Assembly: GCA_012295275.1 (NCBI GenBank)
Contig: CM022678.1
Span: 6,386,001 to 6,450,000 of the forward strand
DNA length: 64,000 nucleotides
DNA from: Chrysomallon squamiferum
Lineage: Eukaryota; Animalia; Mollusca
Direction: 5' to 3'
Shown here: one piece after another, positions 54,297 through 64,000 of the stretch
Layout of the letters: each line of letters starts with the position of its first letter
Position numbering within the stretch: position 1 is the stretch's first letter
Translations under genes and position numbers: made by a program
The notes under the pieces: generated by a model
What the model was told of the DNA's origin: nothing
What the model saw: only the letters and a program-made list of their open reading frames with translations
Database searches by the model: none

Positions 54297-54735
54297 TAAG
54301 GTAATATTTTTACTGCTATTATGAACGGTTTTGTGTAATAGTTCCAGTGTTTTCTTTAATGTAATAATTTCACTGATTTAGTGGCAGGTTTGTGTAATAA
54401 TTCCGTTGTTTTCTTTAATCTAGTAGTTTTATTGATTTTATGCAGTAACAGTTTTCCATGTTTTCTTTAATGTAATAATTTCATATGATTTTTTTATTTT
54501 CTTTGTATTGTTTTATTTCTATCAATCTTTAGTTTAATCAATTTTTTATTTTCTTTGTATTGTTATTTCTATCAATCTTCTATCAATTCACCCCTCTACC
54601 CCCACCCCACCCGCCTTCTTCTCCTAAATTATAATTTTGGAAAATACAATAGAGACAGAGGATTTAGATGTGATACTTTATTACTTCTCAGTGATATTTC
54701 TTCTGTTATTATTATTATTATTATTATTATTTATT

Positions 54736-57473
<2,738 letters not shown>

Positions 57474-57548
57474 GTCGGAGGTTGTCTGACAAAATAAAAA
57501 GAAAGAAAGAAAAAAAGTCATTGTGAACTGATGAACTGACACCGATGT

Positions 57549-57581
<33 letters not shown>

Positions 57582-57595
57582 AGGAGGGGAGGAGA

Positions 57596-57689
<94 letters not shown>

Positions 57690-57721
57690 GCCAGAGAGAG
57701 AGAGAGAGAGGGGGTAGAGGC

Positions 57722-57872
<151 letters not shown>

Positions 57873-57992
57873 TGTAGTCAGAGAGAGAGATAGAGAGAGA
57901 AAGGATAGAGAGAGAGACAACGTCGAGAGAGAGAGAGAGAGAGAGAAAGGATAGACACACAGAGAGAGAGAACGTTGTGAGAGAAAGAGGAT

Positions 57993-58040
<48 letters not shown>

Positions 58041-58645
58041 GTAGATAGGTCTACCTGCATACGTGTCTTTGTAACAAAATGTAATTTAACAACGGGTGTC
58101 AAAATCAGTCCGCATTTATTGTTTTTAATATGATCATTATCATTAAAATTATTACTCCGTTTATTGTTGTTTTTGCTGTTACTACTCTGTGTTGTTGTTG
58201 CTATTGTTTTTGCTTTTATTATTATTTTTTTATATGGTTTTATTATTATAATTATTAACTGTTTTGCTGTTGTTGTTTTTGTTTTGTTGTTTTTGTTTTT
58301 GTGATTTTGTGATTTTATTTTTTTTATGTGTGTGGGTGTGGGTTTTTTCAGGGAATAAATTGCAGTTTGTATTTTATTTTATTTTAAATTATTATTATTA
58401 TTATTATTATTTTTTTTTTTTTTTTTCATATATTTATTTATTTATTATTATTATTAGTAGTAGTAGTAGTAGTAGTAGTGGTAGTAGTAGTAGTAGTATT
58501 AGTAGTGGTAGTAGTAGTAGTAGTAGTATTTTCATTATTTATTTATTTATTTAAACTCTGACCGGATTTGTTTGTTTCTTTGTTTATTTATTTATTTATT
58601 TATGTATTATTTATATGCTCGTTCGTTTGTTTGTTTATATGCATG

Positions 58646-58679
<34 letters not shown>

Positions 58680-59387
58680 TTTATGTATGTATATATGTGT
58701 GGATGTATTATATGTATGTATGTTGAACGAAGATTCTGAAATAATTCTGTGTGTGTGTATGTATGTATGTACGTACGTATGTATGTGTGTGTCTATGTAT
58801 GTATGTATGTACATATGTTTAACGATAATTCTGAAATAAATCAAATGTTTTTGCCTGTATATTAACAACTGTTATATTTAAAAAAACAAGAAAACAAAAA
58901 CAGTCACTCAGAATATACAAAACTTAACATAGCTGTTGCTAACTCTGCTGTTTTGACAACAAACAAAACGTCAGGTAGAAAAATACGACAAAATACAATC
59001 AGCCTAAGTTGGTACAAAACTACTCAGCACACAAACTTTAGAGGTTTGCATTAAACGAACCGTTCAGAAAAACACACAAAATGTAATTCGATCGTTTATT
59101 CTTAATCAGAAGAATTACAGTTTTAACAACGTGCAGACTGAAAGTATATTAGATATATAACGATCATTTGTACAGGTCACTGCCTGCTTTGTGAGAAATG
59201 CATAGTTGTCTATGAGATCTATCTATGAAAGACATTCAGTCCAGTTAGATCGTATGAATGAATGAAAAAAAAAATTAACGTGCTAATCAGAGCTAGCTGT
59301 TGTGAAGCACGTAGTTAGATCGTGAATTGTCGTGGCTTTTATTTATAGGTTGCACATGCAGTGAATAATAATAATAATTATATTAAT

Positions 59388-59426
<39 letters not shown>

Positions 59427-60792
59427 AATATAAAAAATAAATAAATAAATAAATAATCTTAATAAATAAATAAAGAAGCAAACAAATAACGATATAAAGA
59501 AACAAACAAACAAACAAACAAACAAATAAACAAAAACTCTAAGATATAAAGAAATAAAGGGGAGATAAAAAGAAGAAAAAAAACTAACAAGCAACGAAGC
59601 AGGTGACTAATAGACGCTAGGATAAGCAATTCACACAAACCCAGCACACAAAAGAGAGAAAAAAAAAAAAAATTGTACGATACGCCTAACAAACCAGACA
59701 GAAAAGAGCTGTGCTGTGCATTGTGGGGTTCTTTAGAAAAACTGTTCTCTCAAAGGCATTCACAAAAAAATCCTGCTAGCTAGGTGCAGATCTTAAGGAC
59801 AGTTTAGGAGTCTATTAATTCTGATTATTTTTTTCTTTCCTTCGTTTTAAAAGTGTGGTTTCTGTCAACGTGGTTTATATACGCACGCATGTATGTTCGT
59901 GTACGTGTGTGGGTGTTTGTGTTTGTATGTTTGTGTGTGTGTGTATGGGTATGTATGTGTATATATATATGTGTGTGCATGTTTCTTTATATTTTCATTC
60001 ACTTATTACATTCGTAAAGCATCGGTGATTAGAACTGACGTCCCCTCCTCCCCTTAGACAAGACTACGTCTGCCCTTAAATACAGTTATTAACAATCAGT
60101 CTGAACCAAGTGGTTGACTCTTCATGGCTACTGAAGTTATTTTCTACTATTTGTGGATAGGGGAATAAAGTAAAGTTAAAATGCGTGTTTTGTCTTGTTG
60201 GTAAACTTAGACCTTGGATCATATTCGGCAGTGGAAGAATGTCATGGAAGAATGCTTTCAGCTGTTTCGTTAACTGCTTATAGTCGAATAATAAGGTAAT
60301 GTTGTATTATTATTATTTTTGTTGTTCTCTTATTATTACTGTTATTTTAGTTGTAGTAGTACTACCGTAAATTTAAATGGAGTAGTCTAGTTATGAAAAC
60401 AACAATAACAACTACAGTATAAAAAAATAGTATATTGTATAAATAACAACTACAGTATATTGTTAAATATCGTTAGTTTTATTTGTAGTAGAAGTAGAAG
60501 CACTAGATGTAGTAGGACTATTAGTAGCAATACTAATACTGGTAGTAGTAATAGCAGCAGCTGAAGCAAGGACAATAATAGTTAAAGCAGTAGTAGCAGC
60601 TGCAGTAGTAGTAGTAGTAGTATTGCTGATACTAATGACAGTAGCAACTGTTGTAGTAGTAGTAGTAGCAGCAGCAGTAGCCGTGGTTGCATTAATAATG
60701 TTATGTTTGTATTATTTTAATAATAATTTTTTAATGATAAATACAGCAAAGCATCACATTTACGTTTTCTTATTCTCTTTTTCAGAAAAATA

Positions 60793-62028
60793 ATGGTTCG
60801 CACTCCGCCACTCTACAAGATGAAGAGAAAATCTATTCTGACGTTTCTGGGAGTTTTCGTTTTTCTTTGTTTCATTTATTTCTTACTACCATCTGACGTC
60901 GGTCCACCAAAACACGCAGCAAGATGGAAAAGACCCAGCCAGTTTCTCGACAACGTCACAGACTACAAAATACCAGAATATCGACGAGAAATAGTTCTCC
61001 GGAAACGGAAAGGCGAGATCGCCGTTGTCCAAGGCTTGAATGGACGCATGCGCGTTGTGGAAGAAGACGAAAGTTTTGGCAAAATAATCTTGTTGAAAAA
61101 CAATCCGGACTGGGACTGGATGCCTATGGCTGAGGAAGGCCTGGCGAGCTGCCCTTCGAAATGCACTATCACAAATAACGAAAGTTTCAAACCGGCAGAC
61201 GTGGCGGCCGTTATTTTCTACGCGACGAACTACCCCCGTCATCTTCTTCCGACCAAACAAGAAGGACAGGTCTGGATCTACTTCACTCTCGAGTCGCCGT
61301 ACTTCAGTCAGGATTTCGAATTCAGGAATATCGAATGGCGAAATAAATTCAACTGGACCATGACGTACAGACGGGACTCGGACATTTGGTACCCTTACGG
61401 ACGAATCGACGAAAGAAAAACGGTAAACGAAACAGATTACGCGCCCGTCGTCAGAAAGAAAACGAAACAAATAGCGTGGTTTGTCAGCCACTGCGAAACG
61501 CCGAGTCAGCGAGAACATTACGTCAGCGAATTACGTAATTACATTTCGGTAGACGTCTACGGCGCATGCGGGCAACTCAAGTGTCTTCCGGAAGGCGGCG
61601 TCGAATGTTTCAGGATGCTTACGGAACATTATAAATTCTACTTGTCCTTCGAAAGTGTTTTCTGCCGCGATTACGTCACAGAAAAAGTGTTCGAGTTCAT
61701 TCTGAAAGCAGATATCGTTCCGGTAGTCCGGGGTCTGGCGGATTATGCTAAATACCTGCCACCAAAGTCGTACATCAATGCAGCAGACTTCAGCAGCGTG
61801 AAAAAACTTGGTGAATATTTACTCTACCTGGACCACAACGACACAGCCTACGGCGAATATCTGCAGTGGAAGAATTATTACTACGCGCAGGAGAAACCTA
61901 TTCCAATATGCGAGATCTGCATTAAGCTGTCGAACCCCAACAAGTACAGAAACGTCTATGACGACGTCTTCTTGTGGTGGCATCGGAACGTATGCTCCAC
62001 TCCGCCATTACTGAAACAGAGTAACTAG
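60793..62028 (+). CDS. Alpha-1,3-fucosyltransferase (glycosyltransferase family 10), type II Golgi membrane protein, single coding exon
   Basis: 411-aa ORF with a short basic N-tail and TM segment (ILTFLGVFVFLCFIYFLL). GT10 motifs: WIYFTLESP, FNWTMTYRRDSDIWYPYG, AWFVSHC, VDVYGACG, YKFYLSFESVFCRDYVTEK, YINAADF, YLLYLDHNDTAY.EYLQW. An acceptor ttttcag at 60785 implies an upstream non-coding exon. Confidence 0.95.
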   Translation: MVRTPPLYKMKRKSILTFLGVFVFLCFIYFLLPSDVGPPKHAARWKRPSQFLDNVTDYKIPEYRREIVLRKRKGEIAVVQGLNGRMRVVEEDESFGKIILLKNNPDWDWMPMAEEGLASCPSKCTITNNESFKPADVAAVIFYATNYPRHLLPTKQEGQVWIYFTLESPYFSQDFEFRNIEWRNKFNWTMTYRRDSDIWYPYGRIDERKTVNETDYAPVVRKKTKQIAWFVSHCETPSQREHYVSELRNYISVDVYGACGQLKCLPEGGVECFRMLTEHYKFYLSFESVFCRDYVTEKVFEFILKADIVPVVRGLADYAKYLPPKSYINAADFSSVKKLGEYLLYLDHNDTAYGEYLQWKNYYYAQEKPIPICEICIKLSNPNKYRNVYDDVFLWWHRNVCSTPPLLKQSN

Positions 62029-62439
62029 AAAATATATATCAGTATTTCAGTTGCAGGTATAAAACTAAATTGGAAAAAAAGAAACAAAAAAAAAGAGAAA
62101 AAAAGTTAGTCCAGCACACTGAAAAAATCTGGTTCCAGGATAGGCGTGTTTGAATATTTTCTACTGGAAACCTAATAAGAAAGATCGATATACTAACCAC
62201 CATAGATCTAAGACTGGGTTGTCGAGCCGAGGATCTGGTTCAAATGCTATCTGTGGGTATTGAATTAACTGGAATCGTTCTGTTTTCTGAAATACAATTT
62301 GACTGACAGTGTCTGGCATTCAGAGCAGTGAGTTACTGTCGTCGTTACATCAATGGCCGATAGTTTGCACGTTCACCATTATAGCCGTCTTGGTCGTGAG
62401 ATCTTTCGTCAACAATAGCTGGTTGCTAAGCAAATTATC

Positions 62440-62860
62440 CACCGTGACGTAAAATGCGCGTTGTGACGTCAGGGGAATACCCTAAATTAACGGTGCTGTA
62501 TATTCGGAAATGCTCGTAATTACTGTAAATAAATGAGGATATAACTCGGCAACGAAAAAAAAAAAAAATAATAATTAAAAAATAAAAAATAATATTTAAA
62601 AAAAAAATAAAATAAAATATAAATAATAAAAAAATATATATATAAATAAATAAATAAATAAAATGTATTCGGATTCACTTCCTTTCGAAGGTAGTTCCGA
62701 ACGTTGTTCGAGAATCTCGTGTTTTTCCGTAGTTACGAATAATTCCGAATGCTGCAAAAGACGACCTAGTTAGAAGCGGAAGCGAGTAAACCAAATATGG
62801 CTGAACGCGCCGAAACATTTCTTAATTTAAAAATAGAAAATATCAATGTTCGGAAATAGT
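62440..62860. promoter_or_regulatory. Possible promoter region of a neighbouring, unresolved gene
   Basis: CpG-enriched patches with TGACGTCA (62464), CGGAAG (~62777), CCAAATATGG (62791-62800) and several TCCGAA/TTCGGA motifs. Confidence 0.3.
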
Positions 62861-63074
62861 TAACAGAGAATGTTTATTTTATCAGAGGACCATCAGACCA
62901 AGGACTCTGGTTCAAATACTGTGACCAGAGATGAACAAGATGTATAATAAATAAAGGATTAAAAACAACTGTTTATTTTGATTGCTATAAACAACAACAA
63001 TAACAACAGAAAACAACAATAATAACAAAATAACCACCCCCACCATGAACAGCATCAGCAACAACAACATTAAC

Positions 63075-63112
<38 letters not shown>

Positions 63113-63135
63113 TAATAATAATAATAATAATAATG

Positions 63136-63208
<73 letters not shown>

Positions 63209-63210
63209 TA

Positions 63211-63253
<43 letters not shown>

Positions 63254-64000
63254 AATAATAATTAACAATAATTTATTTTATTTTGATGTTTATTTAATTT
63301 TGTTTGTAATAATGGTGAAGAAACTGCATATATTGTTGTTGTTGTTGCTATATATTTTTGTTAACTTTCCTTGTGACTACTATTTTTGTGTGCACATACC
63401 ACTGGAGCTGTGAGTGGAATGGGAAATTAACTAACTGGTAGACCAAGCAGGGTTGATCCTGCACAGTCACTCGTTGTTAGTGATACACATGTCGTGGAGC
63501 ACTGAATGGAACAGGAAAAAATTATTGAAATAAATAGCTATATTTTTGTTGTTGTTGTTTTTATTTTTATTTATTTATTTAAACTGTATAAACATAGATA
63601 CGTTTATAAACATAGATACATTTATAACATACACATAAACATACACACAGACACACAGACACACACACACACACACAAACATACATGCATACAGGAACAG
63701 AACTGCAGATTTTTTATTTTTTATTTTCACAGTTAAGAAGACACACATGTTGGTAGATTTAAACAATAGAATTTTGAAATTTCTTTTTCCCTTAGCTAAA
63801 TTATATTAATGTTATAAATGTTTCTTTTATTTATTCATTTATTTTTTTTCTTTTTTTTTTTTTTTTTTTTGTTGTTTTTGTTTGTTTTTTTTTTTTGTTG
63901 TTTTTTTTTTTTTTCTTTAATTTTTATTTTTCTAAATCGTGGGTTATTTGGTTTTGTTTCAGACATGTATTTTATTCTGTTTATTTTACTTTATTTATTT

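Noticed and set aside
60886-61518. 210-aa minus-strand ORF and other short ORFs overlapping the fucosyltransferase
   Set aside because: Shadow ORFs of a GC-richer coding exon with no recognisable motifs.
62797-63760. Possible exons of a further gene on either strand at the right edge
   Set aside because: Several mutually incompatible short frames and splice sites. No model can be chosen from this window alone.

Overview
AT-rich, microsatellite-dense animal genomic DNA with spliceosomal GT-AG introns. An invertebrate, mollusc/cephalopod-like origin is inferred from composition and gene content, not proven. Most ORFs in the supplied track are microsatellite artefacts, so the real genes were rebuilt by hand from splice sites and reading-frame continuity. 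(1) 1-4.5 kb, minus strand: 5' part of a secreted-protein gene, with a signal-peptide exon followed by tandemly duplicated 18-24 nt micro-exon-like units that run off the window. (2) 10.5-27 kb, plus strand: a 16-exon UBF/UBTF-like gene (561 aa, N-terminal dimerisation domain, 4 HMG boxes, no acidic tail). (3) 30-57.5 kb: a cluster of six paralogous 4-coding-exon genes (A-,B+,C+,D-,E+,F-) for ~165-170 aa secreted proteins with 10 conserved Cys. It includes a duplicated tail-to-tail gene pair, a hypervariable mosaic exon 2, and arrays of repeated 3' splice-site units. (4) Decayed Tc1-like and Ginger/KRBA2-like integrase transposons. (5) 60.8-62.0 kb: a single-coding-exon GT10 alpha-1,3-fucosyltransferase. 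The most novel-looking elements are the Cys-rich secreted gene cluster and the micro-exon gene.
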